A DNA stretch of 60,180 nt from a virus. Its lineage: Duplodnaviria > Caudoviricetes. The translations under genes were made by a program, and so were the position numbers. Position 1 is the stretch's first letter. Each line of letters opens with the position of its first letter. Location of the stretch: IMG/VR virus record IMGVR_UViG_3300047388_000264, positions 1 to 60,180 of that record; one strand, given 5' to 3'. Under the pieces are notes generated by a model that was given only the letters and a program-made list of their open reading frames with translations, did not search any database and was not told the DNA's origin. Below are positions 17,661 through 26,347 of the stretch, in pieces.

Positions 17661-18527
17661 TTACCCGCGCCGACGCCGGTAGAAACCAACGCCAGCGCCC
17701 GGCATCTGTACGACCTGCTGCCGCATCGACCGATCCGGTACCGCGAAACCCATCGTGGGTACGATGTCCCCTACGCCCGACAGCGACAACTGCGAAGAGA
17801 TACTGGCTGGTGCCACTACGTCCAGCAGTCTCGAAAGGGTCAGCGCCGCGCCACCGGCCACGACGCCAGCCGCCACGCCACCCGGCAGGAACTTGTGAGC
17901 CAAGTAGCCCGCCATTGCCGCGCCCACGCCCGTTACGAGCGGCACGGTGAACGAACTGGACGGAATCATACCCGTCAGCGAAGCCGGGATGAGGGTAGGC
18001 AGATACTTGGTGGCTGCGACGCCAATCAGTACCCCACCCGCCATTTCGACCAGTTGCTTGTTGATCCCAGCCGGATTCCGGCGACGCCGGTAGTGATGGC
18101 GGTTCCGTGCGACCGAGTTGCGACGGCGACGCCTCCGGTTGTGGACAGTCACCACCGGATTTCTCCGGCGACGACGATGATGCACCCGCGCCACGGCATG
18201 GCGGCGACGAGTGTTACGAGAACGACGATGTTTTCTTGCCACGCTCTTTCTCCTTTTTTTGTGTGGGTTCAAAGCCCCGAACTCCAGGAGTACGGGGTTT
18301 CTTCGCTTGATCGTGCGACGGACTTTCCGACGCCGCGCGGACGGGTTCGCTTTGACTCCCCGCCTTCTCAATTCCTTTTTCAGCGTCTTCACGCTGTACC
18401 GGCGAATGACGGGCGCGCTTCGCTTGCGCCTCGCCGTGTTGTGCCGCCGCACCGCTTTTACGCGGCGTACCTTGCGGACCCTGCGTCGCGGATTCGCGAT
18501 CCGCGTGACCCTGCGAATGATTGCCAT
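17661..18527 (-). CDS. Arg-rich DNA-condensing core protein with hydrophobic C-terminal domain
   Basis: N-terminal half is poly-Arg/Lys with repeated NP; C-terminal half has three hydrophobic helices and LSGVGDIVPTMGFAVPDR. Confidence 0.75.
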   Translation of the reverse strand: MAIIRRVTRIANPRRRVRKVRRVKAVRRHNTARRKRSAPVIRRYSVKTLKKELRRRGVKANPSARRRKVRRTIKRRNPVLLEFGALNPHKKRRKSVARKHRRSRNTRRRHAVARVHHRRRRRNPVVTVHNRRRRRRNSVARNRHHYRRRRNPAGINKQLVEMAGGVLIGVAATKYLPTLIPASLTGMIPSSSFTVPLVTGVGAAMAGYLAHKFLPGGVAAGVVAGGAALTLSRLLDVVAPASISSQLSLSGVGDIVPTMGFAVPDRSMRQQVVQMPGAGVGFYRRRRG

Positions 18528-18553
18528 GTCTGCTCAATCTCTCCGCTTGGCCC

Positions 18554-18913
18554 TCACAGGAACAATCCGATGGGACGGCTGATCACCACGTTGAGCGTGA
18601 CGTTCGAGCCAACCACGGACGCCTTGACGATGGTGATCGTATTCGTGGCGATGGACCACGCGATAACCGGGTTCACCGTACCGAGTGAACTCACGTCAAT
18701 CCAGGTCGAGATGTTCGGGAGCAGGTTGATCTGCTGTGCCTGCGTCAAGGCCCAATTGTGGGTGATTGTGCAAGTGGTGTCCGCATCCGCCGCCGTCAAC
18801 TGCGCGATGATCTGATTGCACAAAAACGATTGCGCCGCCGTGGGTGCTGTAGTCGTGCTTCCGGACGGCACCCCATTGGTGTAATACCTGTAAGCAACTC
18901 CAATAACTGCCAT
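18554..18913 (-). CDS. Beta-rich structural protein (119 aa)
   Basis: AAAGGAG SD before MAVIGVAY; first gene after the leader hairpin. Confidence 0.55.
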   Translation of the reverse strand: MAVIGVAYRYYTNGVPSGSTTTAPTAAQSFLCNQIIAQLTAADADTTCTITHNWALTQAQQINLLPNISTWIDVSSLGTVNPVIAWSIATNTITIVKASVVGSNVTLNVVISRPIGLFL

Positions 18914-18979
18914 GTTGTTCCGTTCTCCTTTCGGTCTGTTACCCTTTCGGGGTGCTGTCAAAAACTCGTGAACCAAAGC

Positions 18980-19037
18980 AAAAAGGGCGTTGCGGTCGGA
19001 TTCTGATTTACACCAGAACCAAACAGCAACGCCCTTT
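18980..19037 (-). terminator. Long hairpin followed by a U-tract upstream of the core/capsid genes (attenuator-like)
   Basis: aaagggcgttgc (18982-18993) pairs with gcaacgcccttt (19026-19037); inner ttctg/cagaa stem; T5 run at the 3-prime base on the minus strand. Confidence 0.6.
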
Positions 19038-19131
19038 CTAGAAAGCTTTGCTTCGGCTTCAGGACTACGCTCGCCGCTTTCCGTCGATCACGGCAAACCC
19101 TGAAAATGATTGCGGACGATGAACCTTTTTA

Positions 19132-21234
19132 CTACTTCACGGCCACCGCCTCTTGCTTGTACTTATCGAGAACCTGTTGCGACGGCCCCGCTGGCATCAG
19201 TTTCAGATGCGGAACCTCCACGCGGCGATCCACGGCGAACTTACCGCCGCCGATCACGCCAGCGCGCGCAAAAAACGTAATATCTTCGCCGCTCTTGCCG
19301 AATCCGTAGCGGCTGTCGAGCATCGGCAGAAAGGCATCCGGCCCGCCTGCTTTCTTCAGCAGTTCGGCGCGCATGAGCACGACCGGGAAGCCGGAATAGC
19401 CGATGGACTTCAGATCATCGTCACCCTGCATCAGCTTCGCGTAATCGAAGGAGTGCGGGCGGCAGAACTTCACGTCGTGCGTTTGCCCCTTCTGAAGTTC
19501 GATGCCGCTAGGCGTTAGTTCCACATCTGACAACTGGCCGCATGAGATCGAAGCCCCGGCTTCGGTCAGTCCGATATCGTGCCGCATGATCCAGCACCAC
19601 CCCACCACGGCATCCAGTTCGGGATGCGCGTCAAGATCCGCCATCAGCATCTCGAACTGATCGAAGGTGAGCATGTTGTCGTCGTCCAGCCACAACACGA
19701 ACTCCGGTTGCGGTTCGGCTTCGATCACGGCCTTAGCGAAAACCATTCGGGTCATGGTCACATCGGAAGTGTAGCCGTTGATCGGGATGACATCGTACTT
19801 GTTCACCAGATTGGCGAACAACCAATCCCACGAGTTTTTCCACGGCCCCGAAAAGGTTTCGCCCGGCGTGCAGGTTGCGACGATGCGGCGCTTGCCGGTT
19901 GATGTGGTGCCCGATACGGTTGGCATCGCGGCAGGAGCCGTTGGTATCGCGCCCGCAAAGTTTAACTGTTGCCGCACCTTGAAAATCGCTAACCCTTTTT
20001 CGTACTCTTCGGGGCGGTTGTGATAGGCGTCTACGCCGTCCGCTTCCCGCTGTTTATTGATCCAGTGCTTGTGCGGGAACACCAAATGCCGCGCGTCGAT
20101 CACCACGCCGTCTCGCCGCGCCATTGCACAGAAATCGTTATCGGCAAACATGCCGGAGTATTCCGGGTAAAACACCCACCCGAAGCGCTCGTAGCGCTCG
20201 CGGGAAAGAATCGGCATTACAAGGATGCCGCGCTCGTGCTCGGTGGGCGTGTTGGTATTGACTTCGATCACGAAGTCGCCCGGAGTATTCGGACTTCGGC
20301 CACTGAGGTTATCGCGCTCGATCACGTCTCTCAGTCGGCCATCCCATCCCTCGCACGGCCACTGATCGTCCGCGTTCACAATCAGCACGTCGCCGGTTGA
20401 GGCTTCCGCCGCAAGGTTCACGCCGTCCACGTAGCACTTGCGGCCAGTATTCCAGATGACCTTATCTTGCGCGCGAAGGCCGAATGGCGTAGGTCTTACG
20501 ATATTACCGGGATAAAGAGCCTCGGTCTGGTTGCGGTTCGGGAATCCCCACCGCTCATCCACGCACAACACGTACTCCACTTGCTCGGGATGCACCGCCG
20601 CGCCGATCCACGCATCGTAAATCTCGCGCCACTTATCGGGACGGGCGGAGGTGTGCAAAATACTGAAGGCGAACTTGCCGCGCTCTTTCGTGGCTGGCGC
20701 GGCGCTACGGTGATTCAGCATCTCATCGGCAGTTCTTAGGGCCTCTGCCTCACTGACGGGTAGCGGTGCTTTCACTGCCGCCAGCACAATCGTCAACTTC
20801 GTTACCCCGTAGGAATCCGTCGTCAGGTTCGATGACCTCACGTTGAACGCGCCCTTGATCCCGTACGCCTCATGAAAGCGGTTGTAGTGCGGATCGCCAG
20901 CCGTGTGGTACAGGAAAGAATTGCGGTTCCAATACGAGCAGTGCGTGGGGTCTTGCCACGCGCCCGGCCCGTCCGTGGTGGGTACAACGATCTCGACCGT
21001 GCCGCCCGGCTTGAGGACGCGATGGATTTCATTGAGTGTCCAAATTTTGCTTTTTAGGTGCTCGATGATGTCGTGCGCCCGAATGTGGTCTACCGAGTTA
21101 TCGGCCCAAGGCCATCCGAGATCCAAATCAGCCGCTACGAAATTCGCGTCGGTTGCCCACGGCGGAAGCCACTTGTCAACGCCAATAAATCCTTCGATGA
21201 GTTGATCGCTACAACCGAGGTTGAGATTAAGCAT
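19132..21234 (-). CDS. SAM methyltransferase fused to two GT-A (GT2-like) glycosyltransferase domains (700 aa)
   Basis: LNLGCS...HDIIEHL...RVLKPGG...DPTH; then NADD and ADND motifs; then WLDDD and GEDITF motifs. Confidence 0.8.
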   Translation of the reverse strand: MLNLNLGCSDQLIEGFIGVDKWLPPWATDANFVAADLDLGWPWADNSVDHIRAHDIIEHLKSKIWTLNEIHRVLKPGGTVEIVVPTTDGPGAWQDPTHCSYWNRNSFLYHTAGDPHYNRFHEAYGIKGAFNVRSSNLTTDSYGVTKLTIVLAAVKAPLPVSEAEALRTADEMLNHRSAAPATKERGKFAFSILHTSARPDKWREIYDAWIGAAVHPEQVEYVLCVDERWGFPNRNQTEALYPGNIVRPTPFGLRAQDKVIWNTGRKCYVDGVNLAAEASTGDVLIVNADDQWPCEGWDGRLRDVIERDNLSGRSPNTPGDFVIEVNTNTPTEHERGILVMPILSRERYERFGWVFYPEYSGMFADNDFCAMARRDGVVIDARHLVFPHKHWINKQREADGVDAYHNRPEEYEKGLAIFKVRQQLNFAGAIPTAPAAMPTVSGTTSTGKRRIVATCTPGETFSGPWKNSWDWLFANLVNKYDVIPINGYTSDVTMTRMVFAKAVIEAEPQPEFVLWLDDDNMLTFDQFEMLMADLDAHPELDAVVGWCWIMRHDIGLTEAGASISCGQLSDVELTPSGIELQKGQTHDVKFCRPHSFDYAKLMQGDDDLKSIGYSGFPVVLMRAELLKKAGGPDAFLPMLDSRYGFGKSGEDITFFARAGVIGGGKFAVDRRVEVPHLKLMPAGPSQQVLDKYKQEAVAVK

Positions 21235-21799
21235 GGACAACCTCCGGTATGACGTGCGCACCGATAGGATCGAACTGCTTAACAAACGCAGCGATGGGCC
21301 AGTAAAACGCTCCATGCTCCAGATGCAAGCGAATTGTGCTCTCCGGCCACTGCCACCACGCGATCCGCAACAGCGCCTCCACCGTCTTTTCATCGAAGCG
21401 GTACTTAGTCACCCGCGCCGGATTCCCCACGGCGATTCCGTACGCTGGCACGTCGGTAAAAACCGTGGCGTTGGCCGCGATCACCGCGCCGTGGCCCACC
21501 TTGACGTGTCCGCAAATTGTGGCACCGTAGCCGATCCAAACGTCGTTCTGAATCTCAATGCCGCCGCCCTTTTCGTAGGAGCGGTCTTGCATGGGGTTCG
21601 CCGCTGTCTTCAGTAGCATCGTGTCGAACGGATAGGCCGATACCGCATCCGTGCGGTGATTTCCGCCCGCCAACAACTTGACTCCCTGCGAAATGGCGCA
21701 CCATTTTCCAATCGAAATCTTTTCGTCACCCCACCTGTGGACACACAGATCCGCGTAATAAGAATGCGCGCCGATTGTGCAATACTCCGGCAGACTCAT
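21227..21799 (-). CDS. CatB/Vat-like hexapeptide-repeat O-acetyltransferase
   Basis: IGKWCAI...GGNH...YPF...IQNDVWIG...IAVGNPARV.KYRF...IAWWQW. Confidence 0.9.
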   Translation of the reverse strand: MSLPEYCTIGAHSYYADLCVHRWGDEKISIGKWCAISQGVKLLAGGNHRTDAVSAYPFDTMLLKTAANPMQDRSYEKGGGIEIQNDVWIGYGATICGHVKVGHGAVIAANATVFTDVPAYGIAVGNPARVTKYRFDEKTVEALLRIAWWQWPESTIRLHLEHGAFYWPIAAFVKQFDPIGAHVIPEVVHA

Positions 21800-21828
21800 G
21801 CGGTCACCGCCTGATACACTGACGAAGA

Positions 21829-22023
21829 GTGGATTACCTCAAGGCATTGCGCGAAGCGCCGATTACACCGAAGACGGTTCCCGGCTACATCGTTCGTGAA
21901 CCCAACGACGGTTTCGACCAAGAGTTTTACGGCATGATCAAGGAAATGTTGCGCCGGGGATACGAGATAAGACTCGTGTTCAAGAACGGCGAGGAAGTTA
22001 CGCTTTTGCCGATTCCGCATTAG
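21829..22023 (+). CDS. Small hypothetical ORF antisense to the structural operon
   Basis: 64-aa ORF with plausible composition; the competing minus ORF 21796-22020 is equally possible. Confidence 0.3.
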   Translation: MDYLKALREAPITPKTVPGYIVREPNDGFDQEFYGMIKEMLRRGYEIRLVFKNGEEVTLLPIPH

Positions 22024-22895
22024 TCCGTTATCCCCTGACTCGTACCCATGAGCGGGCGCGGAATGCGATAAACCCCACCGTCCAGATACAGATGCTCGTT
22101 GCGAATGTCGTAGCGTAGCATGGGACGCAAACCGTTGCTCTCTTCCGAGAAGCGGTGAAAGTAATCGTACTCCTCCACCTTGCCGTCAAACTTCTTCTGA
22201 GCGTGATACGTCACGTGGGTGACGGTTCCGATCACTGCGCTTTCCTTGCCCTTCAGTTCGCCAAGTCCGAGCGCCCCAAGGTCCAGGGATTGATCACCCC
22301 CCTCGATGTACAAGTGTTTGCCATCTTCGGTTGAGCACAACAATACCGGCCCGTTAGGATTCATCTTGCGCGGATTCACCCAGGCGTCCGTAAAGCCCTT
22401 CACCAGATGCGTTACCGCTTTGCCCCTTCTATCCACCCACCCCTTGATCTTTCCGAAGCCGCTCTTACGTTTTTGCGGATTCTGCTCTTTCGTGAACGCG
22501 ATGATGACGTTCTCACCCTTCACGGTTTTGACTTTCAGTTCGATCAATTCGCCCAGTGCCGCAAGGTGGGAATGGACGTGCATTTCCTCGCTCACCACTT
22601 CCACGCGCTTGCTTGGCAGGCCGGTGAAGGATTCGCGCATGGCGACCGCGCCCGCTTCGGGGTTGCGCTTCTTGTTCCGCGCCCCACTCCGTTTAAACCT
22701 CTCCCGCTTCCCCGTAGCCGAATCCACGATCACGAACTCCGCATGCACGCCCTTGTTCTGCTGATCCGTGCCATAGCGATGCGCCGCCGTGTGCGACTCG
22801 AAGTGTTTGCGGCGCGCACCGATCACGACATCGTAGCCGCCCGAGCCAGAGCGCGGCGTGGGTGCGAGATTGCGCTTGCGCTTGGTTGCGGCCAC
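22020..22895 (-). CDS. Basic NP-motif virion protein with globular C-terminal domain (291 aa)
   Basis: GGAGG SD then GTG 22895 (MAATKRKRNL); KKRNP, EQNP, WVNP and MNPN motifs. Confidence 0.6.
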   Translation of the reverse strand: MAATKRKRNLAPTPRSGSGGYDVVIGARRKHFESHTAAHRYGTDQQNKGVHAEFVIVDSATGKRERFKRSGARNKKRNPEAGAVAMRESFTGLPSKRVEVVSEEMHVHSHLAALGELIELKVKTVKGENVIIAFTKEQNPQKRKSGFGKIKGWVDRRGKAVTHLVKGFTDAWVNPRKMNPNGPVLLCSTEDGKHLYIEGGDQSLDLGALGLGELKGKESAVIGTVTHVTYHAQKKFDGKVEEYDYFHRFSEESNGLRPMLRYDIRNEHLYLDGGVYRIPRPLMGTSQGITD

Positions 22896-22984
22896 TACGC
22901 GCACCTCCACACGATCACGCCGATGAGCGTAACCGCTACCGCCGTGACGGTCCAGAATGCGTGCATGAAGCCGCGTAGCGCCAT
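22895..22984 (-). CDS. 29-aa single-TM peptide
   Basis: MALRGFMHAFWTVTAVAVTLIGVIVWRCA; fills the gap exactly between neighbours. Confidence 0.45.
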   Translation of the reverse strand: MALRGFMHAFWTVTAVAVTLIGVIVWRCA

Positions 22985-22987
22985 AGT

Positions 22988-23266
22988 TTACTTGTCGTCG
23001 CTCCTTGCGGTCGTTTCTTCCGTCTTGCGTGTCGTCACGGTGCTTGGAGTCGGGGGCATCGGGATTGTCGGATCTTCGGTCGTCCCCTTCGGCTTCACTC
23101 GCATCAGGAGCGCACCGGCGAATCCCGAATCCAAATTGGCGATCACCTGGAAGGTCTGACCGTCGCTCGACATGAACTTTGCCACACCGATCAACGCGCA
23201 CGAGAACAGAACCACCAGACCTACCAGCAGTAGGACAATCGGCTCGATTTTGTTGTCCGAAGGCAT
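22988..23266 (-). CDS. Small membrane protein (92 aa)
   Basis: MPSDNKIEPIVLLLVGLVVLF...; TGATG overlap. Confidence 0.55.
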   Translation of the reverse strand: MPSDNKIEPIVLLLVGLVVLFSCALIGVAKFMSSDGQTFQVIANLDSGFAGALLMRVKPKGTTEDPTIPMPPTPSTVTTRKTEETTARSDDK

Positions 23267-23445
23267 CACTTTCTCAGCAACGGCCACAGTTGCGAGAGAG
23301 CCCAAAAGAACAAGCCCGCGCACAAGAACGCTGAATAATACGGATACTGCGGAGCCGGAGGAGGAGGGACGGGCCACCAGCGCGACCATGCGCCGATAGC
23401 AAAGATCAGGCATGCCAGCACTAAAAACACAACAGCGAAATCCAT
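23266..23445 (-). CDS. Two-TM membrane peptide (59 aa)
   Basis: GGGAGAG SD; MDFAVVFLVLACLIFAIG...FFWALSQLWPLLRK. Confidence 0.6.
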   Translation of the reverse strand: MDFAVVFLVLACLIFAIGAWSRWWPVPPPPAPQYPYYSAFLCAGLFFWALSQLWPLLRK

Positions 23446-23459
23446 AACAGTTCTCTCCC

Positions 23460-23618
23460 TTATCGGGGTATAGCCCCGACTACCAACAAAATCACAATGA
23501 CCAACACAACGAGTCCCAACCCGCCACCCAAGCCGTACCCGCCGTAGACGTGATAACCGCCACCGCCGAACAGGATCAGCAAGAGCAAGATCAGCAGAAC
23601 AAGGCCGAGAGGACTCAC
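23460..23618 (-). CDS. DUF3309-like Gly-rich two-TM peptide (52 aa, not in ORF track)
   Basis: GGAGG SD; MSPLGLVLLILLLLILFGGGGYHVYGGYGLGGGLGLVVLVIVILLVVG. Confidence 0.6.
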   Translation of the reverse strand: MSPLGLVLLILLLLILFGGGGYHVYGGYGLGGGLGLVVLVIVILLVVGAIPR

Positions 23619-23620
23619 GC

Positions 23621-24103
23621 TTACCTCCGTCTCCGTCCACCGCTTCCACCGAGAAGCCCCGGCAGAATCATCGCTGCTGCAATCGCCAGCGGAATCGCGT
23701 AGGGGATACCCATGATCGGCGCGCTCAAGATCCCCATGTAGTTCCCACTGCTAAAATCCGTCTGGATGGCCGCGAAGTCCGCCGCGATGTCGCCCATCCC
23801 CATGCCGTTGAGCGACCCCTGTGCGCACGTACCGCAGCATCCCACGCCGGTTCCGAGCGGGCGCACGTTGCCGCTCACGTACGCCGCGACAGGGTTCATG
23901 TCTCGATTGGGAACACTGAAACCCTGCGTTGCCAGGATCTCACCGATGCCCATGCGGTAGTCCATCGTCGCTTGCATATCACGGTCAGGAACCGAGAAGC
24001 CCTGCGTCGTGAGAATGTCGCCCATGCCTGCGTGCCGCGCGGCGAAGAAGCCGGGAGGCAGCTTGTGAATCCCCGGAGCCGGATGCAAATTCAGTTGTGC
24101 CAT
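23621..24103 (-). CDS. Virion membrane protein with two GDI-x-T-QGFSVP(D/N)RDM repeats
   Basis: Start ATG 24103 (GAGAGGAG); two internal repeats; C-terminal TM plus GGRRRR. Confidence 0.65.
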   Translation of the reverse strand: MAQLNLHPAPGIHKLPPGFFAARHAGMGDILTTQGFSVPDRDMQATMDYRMGIGEILATQGFSVPNRDMNPVAAYVSGNVRPLGTGVGCCGTCAQGSLNGMGMGDIAADFAAIQTDFSSGNYMGILSAPIMGIPYAIPLAIAAAMILPGLLGGSGGRRRR

Positions 24104-24113
24104 AAATCTCCTC

Positions 24114-24422
24114 TCACTTCTTGAACGCAAACACCGCGAGCGCCACGAAACCAACCAACAGCAAACCGTTCAAGTTGATCCCGCTCCCGAAGGCATTCGC
24201 CCCGCCAGCCGCCGCCGCTCCTACGTCTGTCGCAATTCCGTGCGCTGCTGAACCCACCGCGCCGATCACGCGCGGATCGTAGGGATTCATGCACGCCAAA
24301 TATGGCAGGCAATCCGGCGAACCCCAGCCCGCGTAAATCGAATCCAGAAACGTGCATGGGTCCGCTCCGCAGTCCACGCCGCCCGCTCCGGTATCTCCGA
24401 GACTCAAGGTGCCGAGGTTCAC
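24114..24422 (-). CDS. Small Cys-containing tail-anchored membrane protein
   Basis: MNLGTLSLGD, CGADPCTFLD; C-terminal TM plus KK. Confidence 0.65.
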   Translation of the reverse strand: MNLGTLSLGDTGAGGVDCGADPCTFLDSIYAGWGSPDCLPYLACMNPYDPRVIGAVGSAAHGIATDVGAAAAGGANAFGSGINLNGLLLVGFVALAVFAFKK

Positions 24423-24856
24423 CGCCGCCCTCCAATCATCATGAGAGCGAAGACCACAACACCGAGAATCAAGTACGGAGTAGTGCCTACTTGTGTCGGG
24501 ACGACGTTACCGACATGCAAATCAGCTTGAACTTGCGCAACCGTGGTGGTCGGACCCGCGTAAGTATCCCCGGTCGGAAGCGTGTCGCCCGCCTTCACTA
24601 TCGCCGAAGGATTTGACCAATCCACCACCGAAGGAACCGTGGACGTTCCGCCACAAGAAACAATCGTATTGCCGTTAGCATCAATGCCGCCCGGAATGCA
24701 CGGGGGCTCCGCAGTCGGAGCACCGGCGTTGTACGCAGCCGCGCATTGTTGCCACGTTCCGCAATCACTGGACGGAGAGAAGAAATCGAGGAAGCCGCAC
24801 GGATTTGCGCCGCACGTCAAGTTCAGATCGCCGATCCCGACAGCGCCGAGCCTCAT
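24419..24856 (-). CDS. Small Cys-containing tail-anchored membrane protein, paralog of 24114-24422
   Basis: MRLGAVGIGD, CGANPCGFLD; C-terminal TM plus RR. Confidence 0.65.
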   Translation of the reverse strand: MRLGAVGIGDLNLTCGANPCGFLDFFSPSSDCGTWQQCAAAYNAGAPTAEPPCIPGGIDANGNTIVSCGGTSTVPSVVDWSNPSAIVKAGDTLPTGDTYAGPTTTVAQVQADLHVGNVVPTQVGTTPYLILGVVVFALMMIGGRR

Positions 24857-25065
24857 ATCGGCAACCATCCCTTCTTCCACGCGTACCACCCGGCCAAAGC
24901 GAGCAGCGCGATCCACACCAGCGACGATGAACCGCTGGCCGGTGCCGCAACCGTAGCAACCGGCACAACCGCGAGCGCGCCGGGGTTCGCGTGCATCGAC
25001 GTGGGCGTTAGTCCCATCGTCAACTGATCGCTGCCAACAATCGGCATGAGCGCGAGACTGTTCAT
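24853..25065 (-). CDS. Tail-anchored membrane peptide (70 aa)
   Basis: ATGA overlaps; LVWIALLALAGWYAWKKG. Confidence 0.6.
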   Translation of the reverse strand: MNSLALMPIVGSDQLTMGLTPTSMHANPGALAVVPVATVAAPASGSSSLVWIALLALAGWYAWKKGWLPI

Positions 25066-25271
25066 CCGCGCTTTTTCCTCTTGAGCATTCCGCCGATCAG
25101 GATGGCCGCACCCGAAAGCCAGAACCACGTGATGTCAGGACACACACCAGAAACCGCATTCGCAGCCGCTACGCCCGCGCCCGCCGTGAGAGGCACAGCC
25201 GTAGGGCATCCGATCTGTACCTGATCCGCCGCGTTACACGTGGGTTCTGCTGACCAGCCGAGACACATCAT
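25062..25271 (-). CDS. Tail-anchored membrane peptide (69 aa)
   Basis: MMCLGWS...WFWLSGAAILIGGMLKRKKRG; ATGA overlaps. Confidence 0.6.
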   Translation of the reverse strand: MMCLGWSAEPTCNAADQVQIGCPTAVPLTAGAGVAAANAVSGVCPDITWFWLSGAAILIGGMLKRKKRG

Positions 25272-25906
25272 TGGATGTACCTGTTCACCTTTCCGCGCTG
25301 CCCCGCGCTGTATCCGCCGCTGAAACCCCGATTGCCGAAGCTCATCGAAGCCGGAGCCGGAGCGACCGGAGCGACTACCGGCCCGTAGTTGGGAACCGGC
25401 ACGATGTCGCCCACGCCGGAAAGCCCGACGCTGAAGTTCAGGGGCGCAGCGGGAACCCCGCCCACCATGATCTGCTCCGACCATGCGCCCGCGTTTGCCG
25501 CTGACCAGCTTCCATTGAGGCTGAAGCGCCCGCTTGCGTCGGTCATCCCAAGTTGAGTAACCACGCCTCCGCCTACCGGCGTGCCGTTCTGTGCGGCCAC
25601 AATCGTAACGGGTGCGTTCGGTGGGCCGATGATCGAAAGATTCCACGTGTCCCCGGCCTTGAAGATCGAGCTTCCGCTATTGTCGTGGAGCAAAACTTGA
25701 ACCTGTCCGGTGTTGCCTCCGGCTGGCTGCGAGGTGCCAGCGGGGAGCATCGTACCTACCGGAAGTATCGGCGTAGGCGCAGCGCCCGCTGCCAGTGCAG
25801 TGCCACCGAACCACTGCGCCCACATGCCGCTGGACACGAGGTACTGATACAGCATGTAGCCACCTGCGCCCAACAGTGCGAACTTGATGAGATCGCCGGT
25901 TTTCAT
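25268..25906 (-). CDS. N-anchored virion protein with an Ig-like middle domain and LSGVGDIVP motif
   Basis: N-terminal TM; beta domain; motif shared with the core protein. Confidence 0.65.
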   Translation of the reverse strand: MKTGDLIKFALLGAGGYMLYQYLVSSGMWAQWFGGTALAAGAAPTPILPVGTMLPAGTSQPAGGNTGQVQVLLHDNSGSSIFKAGDTWNLSIIGPPNAPVTIVAAQNGTPVGGGVVTQLGMTDASGRFSLNGSWSAANAGAWSEQIMVGGVPAAPLNFSVGLSGVGDIVPVPNYGPVVAPVAPAPASMSFGNRGFSGGYSAGQRGKVNRYIQ

Positions 25907-26037
25907 CGCTGATCCTTTTCACGCTCGCTTTGCTCGATCATTTCGATGAACCTGTAACCGGCGAAGGTGATCGCTCCGACTACGAGGCCCAGGAACGGTA
26001 CGAAGAAAAGCCAGTCTCTCAATGTGACGTGTCCCAT
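25903..26037 (-). CDS. 44-aa single-TM peptide
   Basis: MGHVTLRDWLFFVPFLGLVVGAITFAGYRF; ATGA overlap at 25903-25906. Confidence 0.5.
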   Translation of the reverse strand: MGHVTLRDWLFFVPFLGLVVGAITFAGYRFIEMIEQSEREKDQR

Positions 26038-26043
26038 AAAAAC

Positions 26044-26337
26044 TCAATCCTTGAACGCAAACCACGCGAGCCCGCCCAAAACCAACAGCGCCCACACCGT
26101 ATTTTGGCTGACCCATTCCGCAATCGGACTGCACGGGTCGGGAGTAACTGGCGTGGGGTTCACGATGGAGGGGAGCCGCTGAACGAGATCGGTGGGCGTG
26201 ATTCCGGTAGTCGTGTCGCCCAAGCCAGCGAGCGCGGTCAAGGGCAGCGACGGCATCCGCATCATGGCGACGCCGGGCATTTGCTCCGGTAGCGGCATCC
26301 CGGTGTAGGAACGGCTTTCAATCGTGGTTCGATCCAT
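26044..26337 (-). CDS. Tail-anchored membrane protein with LAGLG motif
   Basis: GAGGAG SD; LAGLGD; C-terminal TM. Confidence 0.65.
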   Translation of the reverse strand: MDRTTIESRSYTGMPLPEQMPGVAMMRMPSLPLTALAGLGDTTTGITPTDLVQRLPSIVNPTPVTPDPCSPIAEWVSQNTVWALLVLGGLAWFAFKD

Positions 26338-26347
26338 TACGCTCCTC

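Noticed and set aside
18250-18262. A7 run as a programmed -1 frameshift site
   Set aside because: Not phased as X XXY YYZ in the coding frame; better explained as Lys codons plus an SD.
17571-18815. 414-aa plus-strand ORF, and similar long antisense ORFs (46053-47264, 40605-41453, 43819-44544)
   Set aside because: Shadows of well-supported minus-strand genes in GC-rich DNA; no motifs of their own.
21227-21799. Antibiotic-resistance gene (catB/vat)
   Set aside because: The fold is shared with sugar O-acetyltransferases, and the gene is coupled to a glycosyltransferase; no evidence of resistance.
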